Origin: an uncultured Candidatus Saccharibacteria bacterium
GTDB lineage: Bacteria; Patescibacteriota; Saccharimonadia; Saccharimonadales; JAGQNJ01
Length of the DNA stretch: 35,935 nt
Assembly (NCBI GenBank): GCA_964584895.1
Contig: CAZPAW010000001.1
Location: 1 to 35,935 of the forward strand
Reading direction: 5' to 3'
Shown here: positions 1 to 6,753 of the stretch, in pieces
Layout of the letters: each line of letters begins with the position of its first letter
Position numbering within the stretch: position 1 is the first letter of the stretch
The notes under the pieces: generated by a model
What the model was told of the DNA's origin: nothing
Seen by the model: only the letters and a program-made list of their open reading frames with translations
The model's database searches: none
Program-made: the position numbers and the translations under genes

Positions 1-55
1 GAGCGCCGCCGTCCTAAGGCGGGCGTCACAGGTTCGAATCCTGTCCGGGGTACCA
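1..55 (+). tRNA. 3' part of a class II (long variable arm) tRNA, probably tRNA-Leu (Tyr not excluded). The 5' part and anticodon lie outside the window.
   Basis: T arm ACAGG-TTCGAAT-CCTGT followed by acceptor 3' strand CCGGGGT, discriminator A and an encoded CCA ending at 55. Upstream, CCGCC-gtcctaa-GGCGG looks like a long variable arm. The discriminator A and the ...CCGGGGTACCA end resemble bacterial tRNA-Leu. Confidence 0.75.
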
Positions 56-1591
56 TATTGAAGAATCAGCAGTAAAAGAGTCATTTTCGTGGCTCTTTTC
101 TGTATTTATACAGAGGTAGAAGTCACTAATAGTTGGAGTGTAAACTTTTTTGGTTCGTGAAACAGAAAAACCATCAGGAAATAGTAATTGTTTACACCAG
201 ACCTGATGCTCTTGGTCTAATTGCCAAAACTTATCTCTAAAACCCTCTACTGTATTCAGGGCAAACTCTACGAACTCTACAAAATCCTGCTCAACAGTTG
301 CTATAGATTCAATCTGTTGCTTTACAGTAGCAATATCTTCATCTAGTGCTTCTATGGCTATATCAGCTCTATCATCTGCTAGTTGTCCACGGGCTTGCTT
401 TAGTACTACAGTTTTCTTGTCATGCTCTAACGAGGATAGGCGAGTTTTTAGCCCTTCAGTCGTGTTAAATGACGTAGCTTGCTCTTGCTCCCAGACATGC
501 CGCAAGCCTGCTAGAAAATCTTTAACCTTAGCTTCTGCAAGTCGTAAACCTGCTAGTATATCGCCCAACTCGTCATGTAACTCATCCCTTAGAATGTAGT
601 TCTTTTTGCAAGCTCTGCACCTGTATCGCTGGTAGTAATTGCCCCTGCCATTATTGTTAACGTAACCAACTATCTTAGGATTCTTAGCACCTTCTTCTAA
701 ACATTCTTTGCAAGTCATTATCTTAGACAAGGGAAACTCTGGGTTGTATTGCTTATGAGGCGTATACACTACACCTTTAACGATATTCTTTAGCTGCTCA
801 TGTTGGTCTGGTGTAATCATAGCTTTGTGTAAGCCGTTAGGGTTCACCGTCCAGCTAGACATCTGAACAATGCCAGCATAGAACGGGTCATTGAGCATAA
901 TCTTAAAACGATGTGTATCTAAAAACTTGCCAGTCTTTTGCTTATAGCCAGCAGCGTTAATACTAGCAACTACATCCTTAATTGGTATACCTTCAAGCAC
1001 CTGCAAGAATCCAGAACGCAAGATTGACCACTCTGGCTCACTTGGTACGTGTAGTCCTGGTGTTTCTGAACGCATGTAGCCAGTTTTAGGGTTGCTAGGG
1101 TAATAACCAGCTGCAACTCTAGCTTGCATGTTGCTAGTAGTCTTAGTAATACGCTCTAAGTTGGCTGCTTCACCACGGAACACATCAATCATTTCTTCCA
1201 TCGTACCGACTAGACTCGTGTCGTTAGCGAGATGAGGCTTCTTGGCGTATACCAGCTTTGCTCCAGCCTTTTCCCTAAACTCTACCTTCCAGTGATAATA
1301 CATCTCAATATCACGCATAAAGCGGTCTGGTTCGTCCACGATAATGTACTGCACTTTCTTGTCGGCTCTGGCGTATGCTAGCATCTCCACAAGGTCTTTG
1401 CGCTGGTAGTTTTTGCCCTTGCGACTAGACTGCTTAATGCTCCACAACTTAACTATTTCAGCGTTAAAATATGCTGCTGCGTCATACACTCGTGTTTCTT
1501 GTGCTTCAAGGCTTGACCCCTCAATACCTTGCTTGACCGTAGACACTCGACAGAGTGCTATAGCCTTTACTTTTTGATTGTCGTTTTTCAT
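26..1591 (-). CDS. Large serine recombinase (integrase)
   Basis: N-terminal resolvase-type catalytic domain (AIALCRVSTVKQ with the catalytic Ser, SLEAQ, YIIVDEPDRFMRD). Recombinase domain, zinc ribbon (CKEC...17 to 25 aa...CRACKK) and a long coiled-coil-like segment. 521 aa is typical for this family. SD TAAGGAG lies upstream of the ATG. Confidence 0.9.
   Translation of the reverse strand: MKNDNQKVKAIALCRVSTVKQGIEGSSLEAQETRVYDAAAYFNAEIVKLWSIKQSSRKGKNYQRKDLVEMLAYARADKKVQYIIVDEPDRFMRDIEMYYHWKVEFREKAGAKLVYAKKPHLANDTSLVGTMEEMIDVFRGEAANLERITKTTSNMQARVAAGYYPSNPKTGYMRSETPGLHVPSEPEWSILRSGFLQVLEGIPIKDVVASINAAGYKQKTGKFLDTHRFKIMLNDPFYAGIVQMSSWTVNPNGLHKAMITPDQHEQLKNIVKGVVYTPHKQYNPEFPLSKIMTCKECLEEGAKNPKIVGYVNNNGRGNYYQRYRCRACKKNYILRDELHDELGDILAGLRLAEAKVKDFLAGLRHVWEQEQATSFNTTEGLKTRLSSLEHDKKTVVLKQARGQLADDRADIAIEALDEDIATVKQQIESIATVEQDFVEFVEFALNTVEGFRDKFWQLDQEHQVWCKQLLFPDGFSVSRTKKVYTPTISDFYLCINTEKSHENDSFTADSSIWYPGQDSNL
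74..99 (+). terminator. Possible rho-independent terminator of the tRNA gene, embedded in the integrase 3' coding end
   Basis: AAAGAGTCA-ttttcg-TGGCTCTTT forms a 9-bp stem with one G-U, followed by a T-rich stretch TCTGTATTT, about 20 nt after the tRNA CCA. Confidence 0.35.
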
Positions 1592-1637
1592 TACTTATAC
1601 TCCTTAACTAACCCTTGCTATACAAAAGGCGAACTCT

Positions 1638-1717
1638 GTGGCTATATTCCCAAGAACAGGAAAAACAGAGTCCGCCATCTGTATGCTCAAATTAGTGTTC
1701 TTGATTGTTATAGCCAC
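1638..1717 (-). promoter_or_regulatory. Nested inverted repeats (about 80-nt imperfect hairpin or palindrome) in the integrase upstream region
   Basis: GTGGCTATA (1638-1646) / TATAGCCAC (1709-1717). CAAGAAC (1651-1657) / GTTCTTG (1697-1703). ACAGA (1665-1669) / TCTGT (1678-1682). A TATAAT-like box lies just upstream on the minus strand (about 1722-1727). Confidence 0.5.
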
Positions 1718-1733
1718 TTATTATTATACCTCT

Positions 1734-1874
1734 CTACCCCTGTTGTAGCAACTTATTTGCCTTAAAAAGTGAGAGAAAAAACCTAGCTTGCTCCAGTGCT
1801 TGACTACTAGGCTTAAACTTCTTCAAGTCCTGCATGTCTTTGCCTAAATATTGACGTACTATGCTAGTTTCCAT
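1734..1874 (-). CDS. Possible 46-aa small ORF (METSIVRQYLGKDMQDLKKFKPSSQALEQARFFLSLFKANKLLQQG), below the ORF-track cutoff
   Basis: Its ATG overlaps the stop of the upstream small gene by 11 nt (ATGGAAACTAG). No recognisable domain. Confidence 0.2.
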   Translation of the reverse strand: METSIVRQYLGKDMQDLKKFKPSSQALEQARFFLSLFKANKLLQQG

Positions 1875-2052
1875 GATGTTTGCCTACGCTTTTTAGAGCG
1901 ACATCTTCTAGCTCTTTCAGTGCCTTACGTCCACGCTGTATATCGTGGTTATTTAGTGCAACATGCGTTTCAAACTCCGTAAATCTTTCATAGACAAACT
2001 GGAGAATGCGTAGCAGTGTGAACTGCTCTTTTTTAAGTTTCTTGATGCTCAT
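1864..2052 (-). CDS. Small hypothetical protein (62 aa from MSIKKLKKEQ...). Candidate regulator or recombination directionality factor of the island; function unknown.
   Basis: ORF with a strong SD (AAGGGGGGACG-ATG) at the internal Met, so the start is moved from 2076 to 2052. Sits immediately upstream of the integrase in the same orientation. Confidence 0.55.
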   Translation of the reverse strand: MSIKKLKKEQFTLLRILQFVYERFTEFETHVALNNHDIQRGRKALKELEDVALKSVGKHHGN

Positions 2053-2424
2053 CGTCCCCCCTTGAGACTGCACCAAATTGACACCTGCATATTGAGGTGT
2101 GCTTCAGGTTGATATTAGTTATTTTGGTATAGCAAACACCACAAACGAGAACTCAAAACTCGCTGAAAATAAAAAATGCCCGATTCTAGGCGTGTTACCT
2201 GATGGGCTAATTGTGAGTATAGACTTGACCGAGTGGTCTACGAACTTGCTTCGTTTACTATGAGGGTATTATATCAAACTTGACCCAAAAAGTCAATACC
2301 CCTGATAACACCTACGACCTCTGAGAAAAATGTGTTGTATTATAGACAACAATAGTATAGCTTTGTCAACCGATTTGTGCTAGCAGGTATAGTCAGTCAG
2401 GATACCCCCACATTGCCCGAAACG

Positions 2425-2623
2425 CCCCTGAGACCAAACGATTTTTTGCGTTTTTATTTTCAAAATGGGTATAACATCAACTTATGATTTTCAAACGATT
2501 GATGGGTGCTCTAAACAATAGATAATCGCCTAGAAAACGGCAAAAACACACGTCTTTATATGCAAGACGGGTATAACATCAACTTTTAATTTAGGACGAG
2601 AGTTTTGCGTTTTGGCTCAGGGG
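2425..2623 (+). repeat. Long-range inverted repeat flanking a repeat-containing, ORF-free module
   Basis: CCCCTGAGaCCAAA (2425-2438) is complementary to TTTGGCTCAGGGG (2611-2623), giving 8+5 bp with a 1-nt bulge. An 11-nt direct repeat TTTTGCGTTTT occurs at 2444-2454 and 2603-2613. Confidence 0.7.
2467..2585 (+). repeat. Two perfect 17-nt direct repeats GGGTATAACATCAACTT spaced 102 nt apart
   Basis: Copies at 2467-2483 and 2569-2585, with similarity extending about 7 nt further. A second repeat AAAACGGCA at 2534-2542 and 2635-2643 has 101-nt spacing, indicating a degenerate tandem duplication of about 101-102 bp. Confidence 0.8.
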
Positions 2624-2664
2624 TGAGAAATCGTAAAACGGCATGTTTTCGGGGCTACTTGTTG

Positions 2665-2851
2665 TATAATTATGCCATAGACCTAAACCAGGCGTATGCT
2701 TGGCATGGTCTCAAAGCTACAAGAAGAAACAGCTCGTCATGAGTACTTCTTCTTGTAGTTGCTACTGGAAACGGTAGTAGGTAGCTTCGGCTATCGCTCG
2801 TGGCGGACTTTTTAGTTTGCCGAATACTACTAACCAGCGGAGACTGTACGA
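2665..2851 (+). promoter_or_regulatory. Candidate promoter (-10 TATAAT at 2665-2670) and about 180-nt structured leader, or independent ncRNA, upstream of the 2852 CDS
   Basis: Perfect 12-bp stem CTACAAGAAGAA (2717-2728) / TTCTTCTTGTAG (2747-2758) with an 18-nt loop. GCTAC-tggaaacg-GTAGT hairpin at 2761-2777. TAGC-TTCG-GCTA hairpin with a UUCG tetraloop at 2782-2793. Only spurious ORFs here. Confidence 0.45.
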
Positions 2852-3643
2852 ATGAAAAAGGCAAACAAAGACAGCTCGAAAAAATCACTATTGAAGTGGA
2901 TACTACTGGGAGTCGCTGTTGTGCTCTTGGGAGTTGGTGGATACTTTGGCTACAAATATTACCAAGATTATCAAGCAAACAAAGTCTACTCTGTAGGCGA
3001 AACTGTTGGTTTGTCGGATTTTAAAGTGGACATAACAAAAGCAGAGTTTAAGCCTGTAGATTTACCTATAGACAAAGAGTCTGTTGCAAAATATGGCACT
3101 CTAGAGAAACACGAAGACTGTGAATCTCAGTCAAAAGAAAACACTTGGTGGAGAGCTTGGGATAATGACCCAGATGCTCCGTGGGCACAGACAGGTCCTT
3201 CAGATTTTAATATCTGTGTTCGGCGTAATAACTCACGAGACATTATAAACGAGTACACGAAGGCTAATAGTCAATTAGTTGTAGACTATAAAATCACAGC
3301 CTTGAATAATGTTGATACATCAAAACTCAAGATTGAACTAATCCCTGATAGTGGACGAAAACTTGGAGAAAAAGTCGAATCGTTTAACGCTAACCAGTTT
3401 TTCCCGAACGGTGCACAGTATAAAGCTCCTGAACTGGCTTCTCTAGCTCCTGGGGCTATGTACACGTCAGAGAGTCGCTATAATCCGTACGAATCATACA
3501 AAGCGAGTGATTTGGGTGATGACATAAATAAAGGACTTGAACGCACAGGCTACATCTATACTGATATTCGTAATTCAGAGAATAACGTTGATGTTAAGAT
3601 TACTTATAATGGAGAGACACGCTTAGTGCGTATCACTAGGTAA
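2852..3643 (+). CDS. Membrane-anchored extracellular protein, function unknown (possibly a DUF4352-like beta-sandwich)
   Basis: Basic N-terminus plus one TM helix (WILLGVAVVLLGVGGYFGY). The following segment GETVGLSDFKVDITKAEFKP resembles the start of DUF4352-type domains, recalled from memory only. Confidence 0.6.
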   Translation: MKKANKDSSKKSLLKWILLGVAVVLLGVGGYFGYKYYQDYQANKVYSVGETVGLSDFKVDITKAEFKPVDLPIDKESVAKYGTLEKHEDCESQSKENTWWRAWDNDPDAPWAQTGPSDFNICVRRNNSRDIINEYTKANSQLVVDYKITALNNVDTSKLKIELIPDSGRKLGEKVESFNANQFFPNGAQYKAPELASLAPGAMYTSESRYNPYESYKASDLGDDINKGLERTGYIYTDIRNSENNVDVKITYNGETRLVRITR

Positions 3644-3648
3644 ATAGT

Positions 3649-4413
3649 ATGAAGAAAATCACTCATCATCTAGGTCGTTTTACTACATTCTTCAAGGAGA
3701 GCAGCCTTGTCATACAGCTAGTAATCGTAGCCTCTGCTATTGGCATAGTTGCAGGTACTGCGACAGTTGCAGTAATGGTGGCAACGCCAAACAGCAACGA
3801 AGCCTCGACCAATAATACGACTAGCGAAAGTAGTGATGTTGCAAGCGATAACGATAATCAACCGACTACAAGTAAAGAGAATGAGCAAACGACAGATACC
3901 GACACTACACCCGAGGCAAGCCAAACTACATCCCAGAACGACACACAGAGTACACCCAACTCTAGCAACAATAGCCAGCAAGAGACACAGCCTCAAACGC
4001 CTGTACAGCCCACTTACACAGACTCCTATCCTTTCAAGGCTAATTGCTCGAGCAACCCACAGCAAACAAGTACGCAAATTGACTCGTGGAGTTATAACAA
4101 ATGCTACAGCTCAAGCTACACAGCTTGGAAAGTTCAAGAGAAGTTTGGCACAGCACCTTTCAACTGGGGAGACCCTAAGAACTGGTTGCAAGCAGCCGAC
4201 AATGCGAATGTTTCAAGAGGCACTAGCCCTAAGCTACATTCAGTAGGCATACAAACAACTGGCGGTGCTGGTTGGTCTATATGGGTTGAAGCAGTTAATG
4301 GCGATGGAACTATAGATATAAGCTATTACAATTTCAACAATAATTTAGCTTACGGCAAACAATATAGCGTTAATTCATCTGTATTCAGTAACTATATCTA
4401 CTTTGGTGAATAG
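3649..4413 (+). CDS. Membrane-anchored protein with an S/T/N/Q/P-rich linker and a C-terminal CHAP-like (NlpC/P60 superfamily) domain, apparently lacking the catalytic His and Glu
   Basis: TM helix at aa 20-45 and a low-complexity linker at aa 48-125. The C-terminus matches the CHAP pattern (D-W-Y-KC...AW, WGDPKNW..AA, VEAVNGDGTIDISYYNF, SNYIYF). Cys152 is kept, but the expected His is W209 and the expected Glu is Y226. Confidence 0.6.
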   Translation: MKKITHHLGRFTTFFKESSLVIQLVIVASAIGIVAGTATVAVMVATPNSNEASTNNTTSESSDVASDNDNQPTTSKENEQTTDTDTTPEASQTTSQNDTQSTPNSSNNSQQETQPQTPVQPTYTDSYPFKANCSSNPQQTSTQIDSWSYNKCYSSSYTAWKVQEKFGTAPFNWGDPKNWLQAADNANVSRGTSPKLHSVGIQTTGGAGWSIWVEAVNGDGTIDISYYNFNNNLAYGKQYSVNSSVFSNYIYFGE

Positions 4414-4524
4414 ACGTATATAGACATAAATAGACATAACCAAAAGCTGCTAGTTTTCGCCGATTTTACAGGGGTAAATGGTACGGACTTTTCGCTTTTT
4501 GCTTATGTTACGCTTATGGCATAA

Positions 4525-5082
4525 TTACTGAGATAGTTTGACACCAGTAAGTATCTCGTAACGTTTTACTGCTTCAGGGTCTTTGACTAACTCAATAATT
4601 GCAAGCTGTAACTTCTGGCTAGTGACACTGTCTGCTGGATTTTTTGACTCTATGGTTTTTTGCAACAGGGTAGTTAATGGCTCGCCAACGGCACGCTTAT
4701 AGTTGAAGCCCAGTAATTGCATGATGGTTAGTGTTTCAACTGATATTACAGATTTAATCTGGTCTACTGTTTCTTTTTGATTTGCTGGTACAAACTTTTC
4801 CAGCAGAGGTAGTACGTTATCAGTAATGTACTTGATGTCTTTCTCGGTTATTTTCTGAGATACAAGCTCCTGCTCATACGTCTTTGCTATTCGGATTAGT
4901 TCGCTCTTATCCTCAAGTAATTCATTTACAATATCTTCAAGCTCACGAATCGTCTGTTTATCGTCACGTTTTGCTTTAATTTTAGTTATTTTATCAGTGA
5001 CGATACCAGCGGTATTGCGAACAGCAGATTCTGCTAATTTTACAGCTGTTTCGGATACTAGTTTTGTGGTTGCATCATCCAT
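4525..5082 (-). CDS. Hypothetical all-helical cytoplasmic protein (185 aa)
   Basis: Clean ORF, K/E/L-rich helical composition, no TM segment, no motif I recognise. Confidence 0.6.
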   Translation of the reverse strand: MDDATTKLVSETAVKLAESAVRNTAGIVTDKITKIKAKRDDKQTIRELEDIVNELLEDKSELIRIAKTYEQELVSQKITEKDIKYITDNVLPLLEKFVPANQKETVDQIKSVISVETLTIMQLLGFNYKRAVGEPLTTLLQKTIESKNPADSVTSQKLQLAIIELVKDPEAVKRYEILTGVKLSQ

Positions 5083-5155
5083 ATATAGATATATTTTACC
5101 ACTTACTCAACCTTATTAGTTGTGGTATATCCATACCTTTAGGAGAAACTTATTG

Positions 5156-5167
5156 TGCATTAATGCA
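5156..5167. promoter_or_regulatory. Perfect 12-bp palindrome TGCATTAATGCA upstream of the 4525..5082 gene (candidate operator)
   Basis: Read directly from the sequence, in the 206-bp intergenic region between the 5289 and 5082 genes. Confidence 0.4.
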
Positions 5168-5288
5168 TCAGGTACACATACCGTAAAAGTTAAATAGGCT
5201 GCTAGGCTTGGCTGACCCTGCCATACCCCACCTACATTTAACTAAATGAACAAAATATAAATTGCACAAACAGATTAGCATGCAATCT

Positions 5289-5918
5289 TTACGATTTATT
5301 CTTGTTAGGGGTCAAATCCCAGTATTCACTTATGTGCCCAGACAAGTATTCAACAAAGAAGCTCTCACGCCGTTCAGTAGCTATAAGCAGCACCTCAAGC
5401 CGAACTGATTCTTCTATGATTGTTTGAATTTTCTGTTTTGTCTCCAGGTTCTGCGTAAAAAGATTATGGATGATTTGATTTCTATTTTTTATAAAATTAC
5501 CTAACTCTTGTAAGTATTTTTGATAATCCTTTTCGCTAGCTTCGTCTGTATAGCGAAAGAGTTTGAGAGCTATCAATTTAGTACCGAGTGTTAAATCTGC
5601 GAAGCCAACAGTTGCACTTTTTCTTTTAAAAGCAGCCGCCTTTTTGTTCGAGACTTCTTGACCGACCACGTATGGGTTAGGTCTACCGCTTGTAATCGCA
5701 ATTCTGTCATAAAAGTCGTTAAGTACACGCTCAAGCCGTTGAGTCTTTATGTTAAACAGACATATTACTTTAGTTAATCCATCCAGGTTTGATTCGTTAA
5801 TTTCTTTGATAAATTTCTCGTATAACTCGTCAGCTTCGTCATACAAACGAAACTTTTTATCCAGCTTTGTTTCTGGGTGAACTGATTCATAAGGTATATC
5901 TAGTCTGTCATCCATCAT
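5289..5918 (-). CDS. Putative HEPN-superfamily protein (Abi-like, predicted RNase), 209 aa
   Basis: R-N-Q-I-I-H (RNxxxH, i.e. Rx4H) within FIKNRNQIIHNLF at nt 5466-5483. It sits near the start of the last predicted helix, about 55 aa from the C-terminus, as in HEPN domains. The protein is all-helical. The start is set at the MMDD Met (5918), which overlaps the upstream stop as ATGA. Confidence 0.45.
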   Translation of the reverse strand: MMDDRLDIPYESVHPETKLDKKFRLYDEADELYEKFIKEINESNLDGLTKVICLFNIKTQRLERVLNDFYDRIAITSGRPNPYVVGQEVSNKKAAAFKRKSATVGFADLTLGTKLIALKLFRYTDEASEKDYQKYLQELGNFIKNRNQIIHNLFTQNLETKQKIQTIIEESVRLEVLLIATERRESFFVEYLSGHISEYWDLTPNKNKS

Positions 5919-6478
5919 TGCTTCCAGCCGAGTATCTGCGAAATAAATAAAACTAGTAGAGACGAAGTAACCCCGAGCACAAACCCAACAAGCACCTGCA
6001 ACCAACTAAAGCCCCTGTCTGAAATCAAGTGTTTATGTGCCCCGTAACGACTCTTGTATTCCTGAGCAATTCCACGCATCTCCATGAGCGTGTATAAGTT
6101 ATCTCTAATTCCGCCCTCTATCTTTTCTCGCTTCCTGAAAAGGTCAGGGTTTTCTTCACGGATATGTTGGCTATCAGGGAATTTCCAAGCCTGACCACAC
6201 TCAAGCACGTGTCCAGACATTTCACTACCAATTGTCTGCATGTTTTTAATCATGAGGGGATGTGCACGCTTTCGCTTAAAACGCCACATTTTCCAGGTAG
6301 TAAATACGTCCTCCTTAGCTCTTTTTGCGAGACCTTCAGTTCTCCGCATACGCATATCTACATCAACTGTATGCTCCCCAAGCTTACGAAACTCCTGGAT
6401 TTGGCGAAGCATTTGATTGTTCCACTTTTTGAGTGAATCTAGTTCTTCAAATAACTCTTTTTTTGTGTGGTCTTCCAT
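5915..6478 (-). CDS. Tail-anchored membrane protein (187 aa), unknown function, partner of the HEPN-like gene
   Basis: Charged helical cytoplasmic region followed by a single C-terminal TM helix (WLQVLVGFVLGVTSSLLVLFISQILGW). The stop overlaps the next start (ATGA). TATAAT at 6487-6492 (minus strand) lies only 8 nt before the ATG, with no SD. Confidence 0.6.
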   Translation of the reverse strand: MEDHTKKELFEELDSLKKWNNQMLRQIQEFRKLGEHTVDVDMRMRRTEGLAKRAKEDVFTTWKMWRFKRKRAHPLMIKNMQTIGSEMSGHVLECGQAWKFPDSQHIREENPDLFRKREKIEGGIRDNLYTLMEMRGIAQEYKSRYGAHKHLISDRGFSWLQVLVGFVLGVTSSLLVLFISQILGWKQ

Positions 6479-6597
6479 TAAAGTTAATTATAGATTACTT
6501 CTGATTCGGTTAATACAATAGGAACACTAATAAGCATCCAGCCTATAGCTGCTTATCTATATACCTACTCTAGGTGTACATTCAGGCTGGGAATATA

Positions 6598-6753
6598 CTA
6601 ACCACGTCCCCGTATCTGTAACCTGTACTCTCTATACAAAGGGTCTAGTATCTCTCGCCAGCGTCTACCTTCTTGCTTTAGGCGTGTGTAAACTTTAGAA
6701 TCGGTGGCGTACCAGTAGTCGATTGGCGACATCGTCACCAGTCGAATACTCAT
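6598..6753 (-). CDS. Possible 51-aa small ORF (MSIRLVTMSPIDYWYATDSKVYTRLKQEGRRWREILDPLYREYRLQIRGRG), below the ORF-track cutoff
   Basis: Open frame found by hand translation in a stretch that looks relatively GC-rich. No recognisable domain. It could be a gene remnant near the island edge. Confidence 0.2.
   Translation of the reverse strand: MSIRLVTMSPIDYWYATDSKVYTRLKQEGRRWREILDPLYREYRLQIRGRG

Noticed and set aside
354-599. 81-aa plus-strand ORF inside the integrase gene (and the similar 1529..1765 ORF)
   Set aside because: It is antisense to, or overlaps, the well-supported serine recombinase and its structured upstream region. Cys/Ser-rich nonsense composition and no SD.
2467-2585. CRISPR array or type III toxin-antitoxin (ToxI-like) repeat array
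   Set aside because: There are only two repeat copies with a 102-nt period, no regular repeat-spacer pattern, and no cas or ToxN-like gene adjacent.
2425-2623. Retron msr/msd-like ncRNA (inverted repeats flanking a structured unit)
   Set aside because: There is no reverse transcriptase gene anywhere in the window, and the flanking repeats are not followed by an RT ORF. It is kept only as a generic structured or repeat locus.
2670-3024. ORFs 2670..2978 (minus strand) and 2800..3024 (plus strand)
   Set aside because: They overlap the hairpin-rich leader and the start of the convincing 2852..3643 CDS. No SD and an implausible composition. The region is better explained as structured RNA plus the 2852 gene.
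3718-4246. ORFs 3718..4077 (minus strand) and 3833..4246 (plus strand, alternative frame)
   Set aside because: They lie within the low-complexity linker of the 3649..4413 gene. Biased composition keeps alternative frames open, and the CHAP-like C-terminus supports the annotated frame.
4490-4524. Plus-strand promoter-like sequence TTGCTT...GCTTATGGCATAAT at the 3' end of the 4525..5082 gene
   Set aside because: It would drive antisense transcription into a convergent gene. The -35 to -10 spacing is poor (about 15 nt). I mention it only as a GCTTATG motif occurrence.
5919-6005. N-terminal 29-codon extension of the HEPN-like ORF (track start at 6005)
   Set aside because: The extension overlaps the C-terminal TM-coding part of the upstream gene in another frame. 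The Met at 5918 gives the classic ATGA stop/start overlap, so I shortened the CDS.
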